DNA of 64,000 nucleotides from a candidate division WOR-3 bacterium (GTDB taxonomy: Bacteria > Hydrothermota > Tepidihabitantia > Tepidihabitantales > Tepidihabitantaceae), in contig CBFGIT010000017.1 in assembly GCA_965648905.1 (NCBI GenBank), positions 1 through 64,000 of the forward strand. Reading direction: 5' to 3'. The notes under the pieces are model-generated. The model searched no databases. It worked only from the letters and a program-made list of their open reading frames with translations, and was not told the origin of the DNA. A program made the position numbers and the translations under genes. Below, in pieces: positions 29,542 through 41,429 of this stretch; position 1 is the stretch's first letter; each line of letters starts with the position of its first letter.

Positions 29542-32500
29542 ATGAGAGGAAAGACACTGCTGCTCATTTGCCTGCTTGCGGCCGCATCGGTCGCATCGAT
29601 ACCCGACGGGGCAGAACTGCTGATAATCGCAGCCGACACCATCGTGGGAGATGGTTGCCTGCAGCCCCTGGTTGACTGGAGGATTCACAAGGGCATACTC
29701 ACAAGAGTTGTCGGCAGGACCGAGGCGGGTTCATCGTCTGAAGGGATCATGGCGTTTGTCAAGGCCGCCTACCAGGCGTGGGTGCCGAGACCCGACTACG
29801 TCTTGCTCGTCGGCGACCCTTGTCCTACCGGTGCGCTGTACCTGCCGACCTGCTTCGACCAATTTTCGGACGTCTACACCGACTGCCTGTACGGTGACGT
29901 TGATGGTGCGTCTGAACCGAGCTACAAGATGGAGATTTCGGTTGGGCGCCTACCAGTCACGACGCTCGACGAAGCAAGGACTGCCGTCGCGAAGGTGCTG
30001 AGCTATGAAATGGCGAACGTGGGTACCGACTCGCTCTGGTTCATCACCGGCTGCACGGTAGTGAAAGAGGACGGCGACGAGGATGACTCGCTTTATTGGT
30101 CCGATTCACGCGCCGCTCACGCGCACTGGCAGACGAACGCGTACGCCTCCGGCGACAGCCTCAGCAGAATCCGAGGCCACGATGCGGACGACGTCGACTC
30201 TGTTGCGTCTGAAGGGCGTGCGTTCATAGCCTATCGTGGGCAAATCTGGGGCTTCAACTGGGGTAGCCCCTTCAATTCTATCGAGCCAGAGTCGTGGACA
30301 AACGGCATAGGATGCCCGTTATGGTGGGTGGGACATGTTACACGGTGAATCTCTGGTCAGCGGCACCGGCTATCGGGAACAGGTCCGTTCTTGCGGGCAC
30401 GCCGGAGAGCCGTGGCGGTGCGATTGCCTACTTCGGGACGACCGACGCCGGCTCGCAATCAGAGCTACCGTTCTTCCGGAGCGCCGTGTACAGAGGTCTC
30501 TTCTCAGGGGCCTTTGACGAACGCGCCTACCGCCTTGGGCCTGCGACACTCATTGCTAGGGACAGCGTGTTCTCCATGTGGGATTGGCGACCCAGGTACC
30601 TGGAATGGAACCTGCTTGGCGACCCGACGCTCAGTATGTGGGTCGGTGGGGTGCCCAAACCGGCTGTGCTGGCCGACCTTCCCGACGACCACCGGCTCTT
30701 CGTTGGATATGACCAACCGCTCGGGGTGACAGCAATCAGCACGGCAGGCGGAGCGCTGGTTGGTGCGCTGGTCTGCGCCTACAAGCCAGGTGAGGTTTTG
30801 GTCACGGGCCGAACAGACTCAACGGGTCACGCCGTCTTGGTTGTGCACCCGACCACGGCCGGCCCGCTGTACTTGACCGTGAGCGAAGGACATGCGCAGG
30901 GCGAGTCCGGTGCCGTCGGCATCCCGATGCTGCCCTGCTTCGACACGCTCGATTGCATCGACTACGTGCCCTGGACCGAGCGGCGCCACATGCCGCCTGA
31001 CCCGTCGTACAAGGCCGCGAGCTCCGGCGGATGGCTGACATACGACGTGGGAGACGGCCAGGTCTACTCAGCCAAGGGACACGGGGTCGCGGACTTCTAC
31101 CGGTACGACCCGAACCAGGACAGTTGGCATCAGTTGTGGGACATACAGCTTGGCGGCGAGGGCAAGCTGCCCAAGAAGGGTTGCCGTGGCGCGTCGGACG
31201 GCGACGGTTCGGTGTACATGGTGAAAGGGAACAACTCGGTCGGCTTCTGGCGCTACGATGTTGCTGGGAACGAGTGGCATCAGCTTCCGGACGTGCCGCG
31301 CGGCCTGAGGCTGAGTAGAGTCAAGAGGGGCACCGATATGGTGCACGTAACCGGCGACGGGGGTGGCTACCTGTACCTGCTGAAGGGCAAAGGAACCGAG
31401 TTCTGGCGGTACCGGGTCGCAGACAGCTCTTGGGAGGCGGAGCCGGACGCGCCAGCAGGCAGACGCGCGAGATGGGACGAGGGCTCGTGGTTGGTCTATG
31501 ACGGGGCACAATCCATCTACGCCCTCAAAGCCAAGTACCATGAGTTTTGGAAGTTCGACGTTGAGGGCGAGACGTGGTACAGCCAGCCGCTTGCGAGCAT
31601 GCCCTTCGGCTCTGCCGGGAAGAAAGTCAAGGATGGTGGGTCGGCCTGCTATCGCAACGACCTGATCTTCGCCTTGAAGGGCGGGAACACGCAGGAGTTC
31701 TGGGTGTACGACCCCGTGAAGGACGAATGGGAACAGCGCGACACGATTCCATCTAGAGACTCGTCCGGGTTGAGGAAGCGCGTGAAGGGCGGTGGAGACA
31801 TTGTCCTGGCCGGCGACGAGATTCTCGCGCTGAAGGGCAATAACACACGAGCGCTGTGGCAGTACTGGCCTGCGCCGAACAAGGGCGCGTTCGACCAGAT
31901 GGCGGGCCGCTTCATCTACACTGGTCCACGGCGGCCCGGCTCCGGTTCGACCGACGGCGGCGAGACCGGGCTGGCTGAGGGCATGGAGGCCATCACGCCG
32001 AGGTGGAACGCGCAGGGGACTGCGGTCTGCTACGTGCGCGAGGCCGAGGACGGCGTCGGCGCAGGATACGACCAAGTCTTCATGGTCCGAGCATCAGAGC
32101 CAGGGACCGAGGTCCGCTTGGTCGACATCGCCATGGACTGCTCAGACCCGGTGTTCCATCCGTCCGGGAGTCACATCTGCTTTGTGCTCGACGACACGGT
32201 CACCGAACGACTGCAAATCGCCACCGTCCCTGTGCCCGACGCGGACCTTGCCCGCGAGCAGCAGGAGAAGACCGAAGAACGAGCGGTGACGAACGATGAC
32301 GCAGGACGGTGCGATGGGTGCGGTTCTCGCCACCGACTTGCGCCGGGCCAGCCCCAATCCGGCCCGAGGCCAGGTCTCAGTGTTCTGGCAGGTGGCCATG
32401 CCGGGCGCAGACGCCTCGGTCAAGGTCTACGATGCCGCGGGCAGACAGGTCAACGTCCTGTTCTCGGGCAGGGCTCCGGGTGGTCTGAACGAGGCGGTCT

Positions 32501-32613
32501 GGACCGGCCTGGACCAGAAAGGCAGGTCGGTTCCGGTGGGTGTGTATTTCTGCACGCTCGAGACGCCTGACGACCGCATAAGCAGGAAGGTGATTCTGAC
32601 CGAGAACGACTGA
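29542..32613 (+). pseudogene. C25 (gingipain-like) peptidase + Kelch repeats + PD40 repeats + FlgD/T9SS-like domain, with two frameshifts
   Basis: YVLLVGD, ISVGRLP and WNLLGDP C25 motifs are split across ORFs 29542 and 30294 (shift near 30307-30310); the tail SPNP..GVYFC is in a different frame after about 32296. Confidence 0.75.
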
Positions 32614-32635
32614 AGTCCACAGGCTCAGTCAGGCA

Positions 32636-32659
32636 GCGGCCCGCGTTCGCGCGGGCCGC
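32636..32659 (+). terminator. Strong hairpin after the C25 gene
   Basis: GCGGCCCGCG-TTCG-CGCGGGCCGC, perfect 10-bp stem; no clear U-tract. Confidence 0.45.
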
Positions 32660-33424
32660 GGTGCTGGCTGACCGGTCGGCAAGGGCACGGGTCAGGCCAG
32701 GCGGTTCCATTCTGCCATGACCAGTTGTCCGGGCTGCTCAACCAGCCCGGGCATGTTCGGACGGTTCAGTGTCACGGCACTAGTTTACACATATTGTAAC
32801 CCTTGGGCAACCAGAACTTCAGCCTAACCGGTTGGCATATTGCTACTTAGTCCACTACCACATTCCAGGTGGGTACGGTCTCCCTTGTCACTTGGACCGC
32901 GGTTCTGGTCGTCGCAGCGAGTGCGGCTCGGCCGGTCCCGGTCGAGGTCGTTCTAGCCGACGCCGGCCCTGGCGTTCTCCCTGCCGAAATCTCTGTCTCT
33001 GTGTCTGTCGCTCTGTTCCTGGCTCGGCTCCTGGCCGGCTGCGCCGAACCGACCTGCGCTCGGGACCAGGCTCGGACCTTGGTTCTGGTCGTGGTCGGCA
33101 ACGCCGCTTTCCTCTTTGCTTCAGGCGCAGCGCGGCGACATGCTGGCCGCAGCGCGGCCCCGTCCGTTCTCTTTGCACCTTGACGGACAAGAGGCCTATG
33201 CCAATCTTGGGTTCGGACTTGCCCGATTTCGTCGGCCAGCCGCGCGATGACCTTCTCACTCTGGGCGGCATACTTGTTCGTTGGGTGTCTTCATCCTCAG
33301 CATCATGAGTACAAGCCGTTCCAGGTGCAGACGAGGCTGCGAGGTTGTAACACTGAGTGCGCTGCATGAGCTCGGGCGGTTGCGCGGTTTGACTTGGGCC
33401 GGACATTGGCTATCGTTTGAGTTT

Positions 33425-34405
33425 GTGAAAGCCTTGAGGATTGCCGGCACAGGCCGGGCCCTGCCCGAGCGGGTGCTGACCAATTTCGACCTCGAAAAGA
33501 CGGTCGAGACGAGTGATGAGTGGATTGTCGAGCGTACCGGCATCAGAGAGCGCCGGATTGCCGATGAGCAGACCGCAACCAGCGACCTGGCAGCAGAGGC
33601 GCTGGTGAAGGCATGTACCCAGGCCGGCTTGAGAGCGGTTGAGCTGGACACCATCATTGTCGGTACTTCAACACCGGATACGGTCTATCCGGCAACTGCG
33701 TGCTGGGTACAGAAGCGGCTCGGTATCGCGGGCAGTGCTGCGTTCGATGTGAGCGCGGGCTGTTCCGGGTTTCTGTTCGGCCTGGAGATCGCCGCGAACC
33801 TGGTCGCGACCGGCGCGGGCAGAAAGGTCGGCGTGGTCGGGGCTGAGGTGATGTCCAAGGTCGTCAACTGGCAGGACCGGGCAACCTGCGTGCTGTTCGG
33901 CGATGGCGCCGGGGCTGCGGTCGTTGTGCCGGGCAACGGCCGGTCCGGGCTGCTGTCGTCGAACTGGGGTTGTGACGGCAACCTGGCACCGCTGCTTTAC
34001 CAGCCGGCGGGCGGTACGCGTCTGCCGACAAGCCCGGAGACCTTGGCGCAGGGCCAGCAGTTCGTCCACATGGAGGGAAATCAGGTCTTCAAGCACGCGG
34101 TGCGGGCCATGGGCGGGGCTGCGCTCAAGGCGCTGAAGGATGCGGGCGTGACCAAGGATGAGATTGCGCTGCTGATTCCACACCAGGCGAACATGCGGAT
34201 TCTTGAGGCGACGCGGGAGCGAACCGGGATACCGGTTGAGAAGATGTTTGTCGTGCTGCACAAGTATGGCAACATGTCCGCGGCAACGATTCCGGTCGCC
34301 TTGGACGAGGCGCGTGAGCAGGGCAGAATCAGCGACGGCGACCTGCTACTCTTGACCGCGTTCGGCACCGGTTTCACCTGGGCCGCGAGCGTCCTGCGCT
34401 GGTAG
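33425..34405 (+). CDS. fabH: 3-oxoacyl-ACP synthase III
   Basis: DVSAGCSGF, LFGDGAGA, PHQAN, YGNMSAA catalytic motifs; GTG start inferred. Confidence 0.95.
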   Translation: MKALRIAGTGRALPERVLTNFDLEKTVETSDEWIVERTGIRERRIADEQTATSDLAAEALVKACTQAGLRAVELDTIIVGTSTPDTVYPATACWVQKRLGIAGSAAFDVSAGCSGFLFGLEIAANLVATGAGRKVGVVGAEVMSKVVNWQDRATCVLFGDGAGAAVVVPGNGRSGLLSSNWGCDGNLAPLLYQPAGGTRLPTSPETLAQGQQFVHMEGNQVFKHAVRAMGGAALKALKDAGVTKDEIALLIPHQANMRILEATRERTGIPVEKMFVVLHKYGNMSAATIPVALDEAREQGRISDGDLLLLTAFGTGFTWAASVLRW

Positions 34406-34513
34406 ACACGGTGCACCCCAAGTGGCCCGCGTTGGGGAACCCCAAGAAGCCTCTATGCGCGGATTGACCCTGGCCGGTTCTCGGTGTATTGTATCCATCC
34501 CGTGACCAACACC

Positions 34514-35275
34514 ATGACCCGGAAAGCCGCAGCCGGCGCAGGCTGGCTGGGTGCTGATTCCCTGCTTGCCGGGTTGAAGCGGGTCAATCTGTTCTGCGGC
34601 GGGTACGGCTCGGGCAAGACCGAGGTCGCGGTCAATTTCGCGCTGCATCTGGCCCGGACCGGCCGCAAGGTCAGCATCGCCGACCTTGACATCGTCAACC
34701 TCTACTTCCGCAGCCGCGAGGTTCGGGCTGAGCTGCGGCGTCAGGGCGTCGAGGTGCTGGTGCCGGGCGAAGGGCTGGTGAATGCGGACCTACCCATCAT
34801 AACGCCTGAGGTCAAGGGCGCGATTGACCGGCCAGCCGGACACCTAGTGCTTGACCTGGGCGGAGACCCGGTGGGCGCGAGGGTGATGGCCTCGCTGGCC
34901 GAGGGCATGGACTGGAACGACTACTCGGGTTTCATCGTGCTTAATTCGCGCCGGCCCAAGACCAATACTGTCGTTGGCGCAAGGCAGATGATTGAGGACA
35001 TCGAAGCGTCGTCGCACGTACCGGTCACGGACATTGTGGTCAATTCCCACTTGATAGAGGAGACCGCCGGTTCGGTTATCGAAGAAGGCATCAGTCTGGC
35101 CGAGGAAGTGGCGCGCGTTACGGGCCGACGCGTCGCATTCGTGGTTGTAGAAAGGCGGATGCTATGGGCTTACAACGCGGCATCGTGCCGGTATCCGGTG
35201 ATGATATTAGATCGGCTGATGCTCAAGCCGTGGGAGCAGTCAAATTGGCTGGGCAAGTACAGGGTCAACATCTGA
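34514..35275 (+). CDS. P-loop NTPase associated with 2-oxoacid oxidoreductase operons
   Basis: GGYGSGKT, DLDIVNLYFRSRE, LDLGGDPVGA. Confidence 0.8.
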   Translation: MTRKAAAGAGWLGADSLLAGLKRVNLFCGGYGSGKTEVAVNFALHLARTGRKVSIADLDIVNLYFRSREVRAELRRQGVEVLVPGEGLVNADLPIITPEVKGAIDRPAGHLVLDLGGDPVGARVMASLAEGMDWNDYSGFIVLNSRRPKTNTVVGARQMIEDIEASSHVPVTDIVVNSHLIEETAGSVIEEGISLAEEVARVTGRRVAFVVVERRMLWAYNAASCRYPVMILDRLMLKPWEQSNWLGKYRVNI

Positions 35276-35283
35276 GGAGAAAT

Positions 35284-35535
35284 ATGGCAAAGCGATTCCA
35301 GGTTACGATTGAACGCAACCGCTGCAAAGGCTGCGAGCTGTGCGTGCACGTCTGTCCGAAGCAGGTGCTGGCGATGTCCAAAGACATCAATGACAAGGGC
35401 TACTTCTTCTCCCACGTTGTGAACCAGCCGGTCTGTATCGGCTGCCGGTTCTGTGCTTTCATCTGCCCGGACGTGGCGATTGAGGTGGCTCAGCTCGACA
35501 GCCCGGAGCCGGCCGCAGCAGCAAAGGAGGCCTGA
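35284..35535 (+). CDS. 2x[4Fe-4S] ferredoxin (delta subunit)
   Basis: CKGCELCVHVCP and CIGCRFCAFICP. Confidence 0.92.
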   Translation: MAKRFQVTIERNRCKGCELCVHVCPKQVLAMSKDINDKGYFFSHVVNQPVCIGCRFCAFICPDVAIEVAQLDSPEPAAAAKEA

Positions 35536-35536
35536 G

Positions 35537-36630
35537 ATGGCGGACAAGGTGCTGATGAAAGGGAACGAAGCGATTGCCGAGGCGGCGATTCGGGCCGGCG
35601 GCCTCTGCTATTTCTGCTATCCGCTGACCCCGCAGTCTGAGGTTGCCGAATATCTGGCGTGGCGGATGCCTGAGGTCGGCGGCGCGTTCCTCCAGGCCGA
35701 GAGCGAGGTTGCGGTCATCAACATGCTTTACGGCGCGGCAGGAGCGGGCGCGCGTGCCTGGTCGACTTCGTCCAGCCCGGGCATCAGTCTGATGATGGAA
35801 GGTCTGTCGTACATCGCCGCGGCCGAGCTGCCCGCCGTGGTCGTCAACATCGTACGCACCGGACCAGGTCTGGGCGGGATTCTGCCTTCTCAGGGCGACT
35901 ACCTGCAGGCGACAAAGGGCGGGGGGCACGGTGACTACCGATGCTTGGTGCTTGCGCCATCGTCAGTGCAGGAGGCCGCGGACCTGATGCCTTTGGCATT
36001 TGACCGGGCTGACCGGTATCGTAACCCGGTGATCGTCATCGGTGACGGCATGATTGGCCAGATGATGGAGCCGGTTGAGTTCAAGGAGTGGGAGTTTCCG
36101 CCGCTGCCGCCCAAGGACTGGGCCACGACCGGGTGCAAGGGTCGTAAGCCGAACGTGGTCAATTCGCTCTTTCTTGACCCGGCAGTTGAGGAGCAGGTTA
36201 ACCGCAAGCTCGCGGCCAAGTACGAGGAGATGAAGAAGCACGAAGTGCGGTTTGAAGAGTACAATACCACCGGCCCGTTCAGCGCCCTGCTGGTGGCGTA
36301 CGGCACGACCGCGCGGGTGTGCAAGACCGCAATTCAGCGTCTGGATGACGAGGGTATCAAGGTCGGTCTGCTTCGTCCCATCAGCCTGTTTCCATTTCCT
36401 GAGGACAAGGTCTACGAGTTGTCTCGACGGGCCGAGTTTGTCATGTCGGTCGAGATGAGCTGCGGCCAGATGATTGAGGACGTGCGTCTGGCCATTGGCC
36501 GGGACAAGCCACTCCACTTCTACGGCCGGCAGGGCGGGTTCGTGCCCTCGCCCGAAGAGGTGATTGAGCAGGTGAAGCTGCACCTGGGAGCAGGGCCTCA
36601 AGTCCCAGTCAAGAGAACCGGAGGTGGCAG

Positions 36631-36634
<4 letters not shown>
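35537..36634 (+). CDS. vorB: 2-oxoacid (ketoisovalerate-type):ferredoxin oxidoreductase alpha subunit
   Basis: MKGNEAIAEAA, YPLTPQSE, QAESE, TSSSPGISL, KGGGHGDY. Confidence 0.88.
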
Positions 36635-37417
<783 letters not shown>

Positions 37418-37428
<11 letters not shown>

Positions 37429-37972
37429 GGCGGTATTTGCCGGGTTCGGTGGACAGGGCGTGCTGCTGGCGGGTAAGATTCTGGCGGAGACCGGGATGGG
37501 ACTGGGCAAGGAGGTTGTCTGGCTGCCGTCGTACGGCCCGGAAATGCGGGGCGGCACGGCCAATTGCACGGTTATCATCGCGGACGAGCCGATTGCCTCG
37601 CCGATTGTCATGCACCCGCGCGACGCCGTGGTGATGAACCGGCCGTCGCTCGAGAAGTTCTGCCCCCTGCAGAAGCCCAAAGGCTTCGTGGTCGTGAACG
37701 CCTCGCTCATCAATGTGCGGCCGGACCGGACCGACCTGAGCGTGGTCGAGGTTCCGGCGAACCAGATTGCAATTGAGGCCGGCTCGGCCAAAGCCGCGAA
37801 CATGGCGATGCTCGGGGCCTATGTCGGCGCGACCGAGGTCGTGCCGTTTGAGGCGCTGCTTGAACAGGCGAAGCATGAGTTCGCCAAGAAGCCGAAGTTC
37901 GTGCCGGTCAACATGAAGTGCATCGAGCGGGGTTTTGCCCTGGGCGAGGCGGCCCGCCGGAGCAGAGGATGA
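37418..37972 (+). CDS. 2-oxoacid:ferredoxin oxidoreductase gamma subunit
   Basis: AGFGGQG, PSYGPEMRGGTANC. Confidence 0.92.
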
Positions 37973-39291
37973 GTCGGTTCTCAGCAACGGTTCTTGCCGC
38001 GCTGGTGTCGGCTCTGGTTCAGGCACAAGACTTCACCGCCGCGGTCCGGCGGACCAAGCCGGCCCTGGTCGGCGTCTATGCTGAGAAGGTCGTGGCCTTG
38101 TCTGATACCGGCGGCGAGCGTTCCGACTATGTTCAAACCCGCTCCCTGGGCAGTGGGTTTATCATCGACACGCTCGGCCACATCATCACCTGCAACCACG
38201 TCATTGCCGGCTACGAGGCGATAACGGTCAAACTCGCGGACGGCACGTTACTTGAGGAGAACGATGTCAAGGTCGTGGGCCGAGACCCGATTACTGACCT
38301 GGCCGTGTTGCGTGTCAAGGCTCGGGCGCGACCGGAGCCCGCGGCGTTGGGTAACTCCGATGAGCTTGAGGTCGGTCAGCCGGTCATGGCGCTGGGCAAT
38401 CCGCTGGGCCTCGAAGTCTCGGCTTCGGCCGGGATTGTCAGTGCGGTTTCGCGCTGGGGACTGGCGCGTCGGTCCGGGCCTGATTTTCAGGACTTCATTC
38501 AGACCGATGCCCTGGTCAACCCGGGGAACTCGGGCGGCCCGCTGGTTGACTTGAAAGGTCGGGTCATCGGCGTGTGCAGCTCGACTCGAACCGGCCCGCA
38601 GGGGTTCACCGGCATCGGCTTCGCGACGCCCATCAACCTTGCTCTTGAAGTGAGTCGTCAGCTCATTGAGAGCGGGGTCGTCATCCGTGGCTATCTTGGC
38701 ATCTCTACTCAGCCGCTGAGCAAAGTCTTGCGTCAGGCGCTCGGACTTTCGACTCAGGACGGTATTCTGGTGGCTGCGGTCATGCGCAACCGGCCCGGGA
38801 TGAAGGCAGGCCTTGTTCCCGGCGACGTCATCATTAGACTGGACGGTGAGCCGGTCAGCGACGTGCGTGAGTTCCAGAGTGAGGTCGCTCGACGCCGGCC
38901 CGGCTCAAGCGTCAGCCTGACGTTTGTCCGCCAGGGTCGGCAGATGGCAGTACAGGCAGTGCTTGACCGCTGGCCGGTTGCCGGCACCGAGCCGGCTCAG
39001 AGCCTGCCGGTCAGGAACTGGCTTGGAATTAAGGTGGCGGATCAAGCAGTGACTGATGCCCGGCATGCTTTTCCTGAGTACGGCGTGCTGGTTGCGAGTG
39101 TCGAGAGCGGCGGCCCGGCGCAAGACGCGGGTATCAAGGAAGGCGACGTTATCGTTGAGGTCGACTTTATGCCGGTCAGGACCGCGGCAGACTTCAACGA
39201 ACTCCGTAGTCGGCTCAAGGGTCGAGCCGGACCGATTCTCTTTCGTGTCTATCGTGGCCGCGACGCGTTCTATACCGCGGTTGAGCCATAG
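37969..39291 (+). CDS. DegP/HtrA-family serine protease with two PDZ domains
   Basis: LGSGFII, TCNHV, DLAVL, NPGNSGGPL, two PDZ-like regions. Confidence 0.92.
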   Translation: MSRFSATVLAALVSALVQAQDFTAAVRRTKPALVGVYAEKVVALSDTGGERSDYVQTRSLGSGFIIDTLGHIITCNHVIAGYEAITVKLADGTLLEENDVKVVGRDPITDLAVLRVKARARPEPAALGNSDELEVGQPVMALGNPLGLEVSASAGIVSAVSRWGLARRSGPDFQDFIQTDALVNPGNSGGPLVDLKGRVIGVCSSTRTGPQGFTGIGFATPINLALEVSRQLIESGVVIRGYLGISTQPLSKVLRQALGLSTQDGILVAAVMRNRPGMKAGLVPGDVIIRLDGEPVSDVREFQSEVARRRPGSSVSLTFVRQGRQMAVQAVLDRWPVAGTEPAQSLPVRNWLGIKVADQAVTDARHAFPEYGVLVASVESGGPAQDAGIKEGDVIVEVDFMPVRTAADFNELRSRLKGRAGPILFRVYRGRDAFYTAVEP

Positions 39292-39399
39292 CCTTGGTTG
39301 AGTTGACCTCGGCAGTTCTTGGTCAGGCTGCTGGTCATGACGGGTCCGAAAACCGGACTTCGGGGCCACGAAAGTTCGATAGCTGAAAGGAGCTCGCTG

Positions 39400-40239
39400 T
39401 TGAAGAAGTCCGTCCTCTCCGTCGTAGTTCTGCTGGCGATTCTTGCCGGCAATGCCTCGGCAACGTACATGCTGACGCGAGGTGCTTCGGTGTTGAAGCC
39501 GCTGCAGTTCGTCGGCTACGTTGCGGCCGGGTTTTCGCGCACGACGCAGCGGTATGATACCGTTGCCGAGAAATACGTGACGCTGCCCAGCAGCGGGCAG
39601 ACTAGTACGATCAGCACTGACGTGTTGTTGGGTGTGAGTTTGCTCAAGAACCTGGAACTTGTCGGTGTCGCCCCGATTGTCTCCAAGACCCAAGGGGACC
39701 AGAGCGCTTTCGGACTTGGAGACGCGGCGTTGATGCTGCGCTACGGTTTGCTCGGAGCACCTCTACCGTTCGGACTTACTCTGGCGGCGTCAGTCAACAT
39801 GCCGACGTCCGCCAAGGATGCGGTCCTGAAACTGGGTGACCGGTCCACAGACATTGCTCTTGGTGCTACGTTCCAGACCGTGTCGGTCGGGCCGCTGGCG
39901 ATTCACGCGCGTGCGGCGTACTGGCTGAACGGCAAAGCCGATGCGACCAGGTACGGGAACATGTTCGAGTACGTTGTCTTCCCTGACTTCGTAATCAGCC
40001 CCAAAGCAAGCATTTTCCCGATGCTTGCTGGAGCGATGGCAACCGACAATGTCATCAATGGTGTGAAGCTGGCGGCAAGTGGCGCCAGTGTGCACTCGGC
40101 CGGGCTCGGCATGACGTGGAACCCGGTCGGTTCTTTCTGGCTCAAGCCCAAGGCGACCGTTCCGCTGACATTACTGTCGAGCGGCGGCAGCCTTCCCCGC
40201 TTCGCGTTCGGACTCGACCTCTGGGCGGTCCTCCCCTGA
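39400..40239 (+). CDS. Exported protein, probable outer-membrane beta-barrel (MetA-pathway-like transporter)
   Basis: AAGGAG RBS + TTG start, signal peptide, GLGD motif, alternating beta-strand pattern. Confidence 0.5.
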   Translation: MKKSVLSVVVLLAILAGNASATYMLTRGASVLKPLQFVGYVAAGFSRTTQRYDTVAEKYVTLPSSGQTSTISTDVLLGVSLLKNLELVGVAPIVSKTQGDQSAFGLGDAALMLRYGLLGAPLPFGLTLAASVNMPTSAKDAVLKLGDRSTDIALGATFQTVSVGPLAIHARAAYWLNGKADATRYGNMFEYVVFPDFVISPKASIFPMLAGAMATDNVINGVKLAASGASVHSAGLGMTWNPVGSFWLKPKATVPLTLLSSGGSLPRFAFGLDLWAVLP

Positions 40240-40266
40240 GTCGGCCCTAATTCTGATATTCGGTGA

Positions 40267-40294
40267 CAAGGGCGGGCATTGCTGCCCGCCCTTG
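40267..40294. terminator. Hairpin between convergent genes
   Basis: CAAGGGCGGGCA-TTGC-TGCCCGCCCTTG, perfect 12-bp stem. Confidence 0.7.
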
Positions 40295-40313
40295 AACATG
40301 TATCGTCTGGTGA

Positions 40314-41348
40314 CTAGTCGGCCACGATGAACTTACCGGTCGCAACCGCACCGGCTACTTCGACCCGATACGCGTAGACTCCGCGTGCCAAACCGACACC
40401 CCGCTGCCACGTCACGGTGGTGATGCCGGCATCGCTCAGACCGGAGAACTCCTCCAGCAGGCTGCCGTCAAGCCGGTAGAGATTCAGGTGATAGGGCCGA
40501 CCAGGCCGCGCCGCAAACCGGAACTGGGCCGTTTTGCGGCACGGGCTCGGGCTGACCTGTGCGGCTACGTTATTGTAGAACAAGGCAGGAACTGATGGTT
40601 CCTGCAGGCCGACGAATTCGAGAACGTTGGCGCTGCCGGCCTGGAACGCACCGTAGCCTGAGTCGGGGTGAAACGACAAGTCCTGGGCATAGACGACGAT
40701 CTTGCACATCCGCTCGACCCAGCCTGGTTGCAGAGTAAACGACTGGACAACGGTGTCGTAGCCGCCACCGGGAATCGAGATCGGCGTGCCGAGATGGTCG
40801 GGTAAGTAATCACGGCAGACGTGGTTGTGCCACGGGTCGCCGTTCGGTCCGGTGTAGTTCAGGCTGTCTTCGGTGATGACCATCTCACACGTGGCGTTGA
40901 TGGTCGCGAGTCCCTGGTTGTAGAACACGGCTTGAACCGTGCCGCTTCTTGTGCCCGGGTCGTACGTGCCGCTCATCCACAACCGAACGTCGGATGGGTC
41001 AAGGATGCGCGAGGAGACGTAGCCCGGCCACGCGCTGTAGACGTAGCTGCAGTTACGGCCGTCGATCCAGGCCCAAGGCGTTGCGTACCCGCCGTTGTAG
41101 GGCGGCGGATAGGTCCGCATCTTGGACCGGCCTTCAGCGTTGTATAGGGGGTAGCTTGAGCTGATGTGCCACTCGACCGCGGCGACGTAGCCCTCGTAGT
41201 CTATGCAAATCTGGTCCAGCACACGGCTGGCGTTGGCGCATTGGGCTCAGCCTTCCTGGTAGGCATCTTCGACAACGACGACACGGTCAAAGGCCATGAC
41301 CGTTGTCGCGGCGGCAAGCAGCGCAGCGATGACTGCGACGTACTTCAT
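40314..41348 (-). CDS. Exported Omp28-like thioredoxin-fold probable selenoprotein (U34-A-Q-C37) with T9SS-like tail, 344 aa
   Basis: GGAGG RBS, ATG 41348, signal peptide, RVVVVEDAYQEG-TGA-AQC in frame with ORF 40314..41222; Omp28-like ATPWAWIDG, VITED, HNHVCRD. Confidence 0.8.
41190..41246 (-). promoter_or_regulatory. Candidate bacterial SECIS hairpin
   Basis: On the mRNA, CCAGC-CGUGU-GCUGG with the loop starting 21 nt after UGA; lower pairings AUGC/GCAU and GCCC/GGGC. Confidence 0.55.
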
Positions 41349-41429
41349 AGGACCTCCGGTTGATTGGTTCACGCTTCTATTCTAGGCCGACGCCGGCCAG
41401 GGGTCAAGCGCTGGGGATTCAGTGCTGGT

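Noticed and set aside
41247..41249. TGA reassignment (genetic code 4 or 25)
   Set aside because: TGA terminates many conserved genes here at their expected ends (for example plsX and the oxidoreductase subunits).
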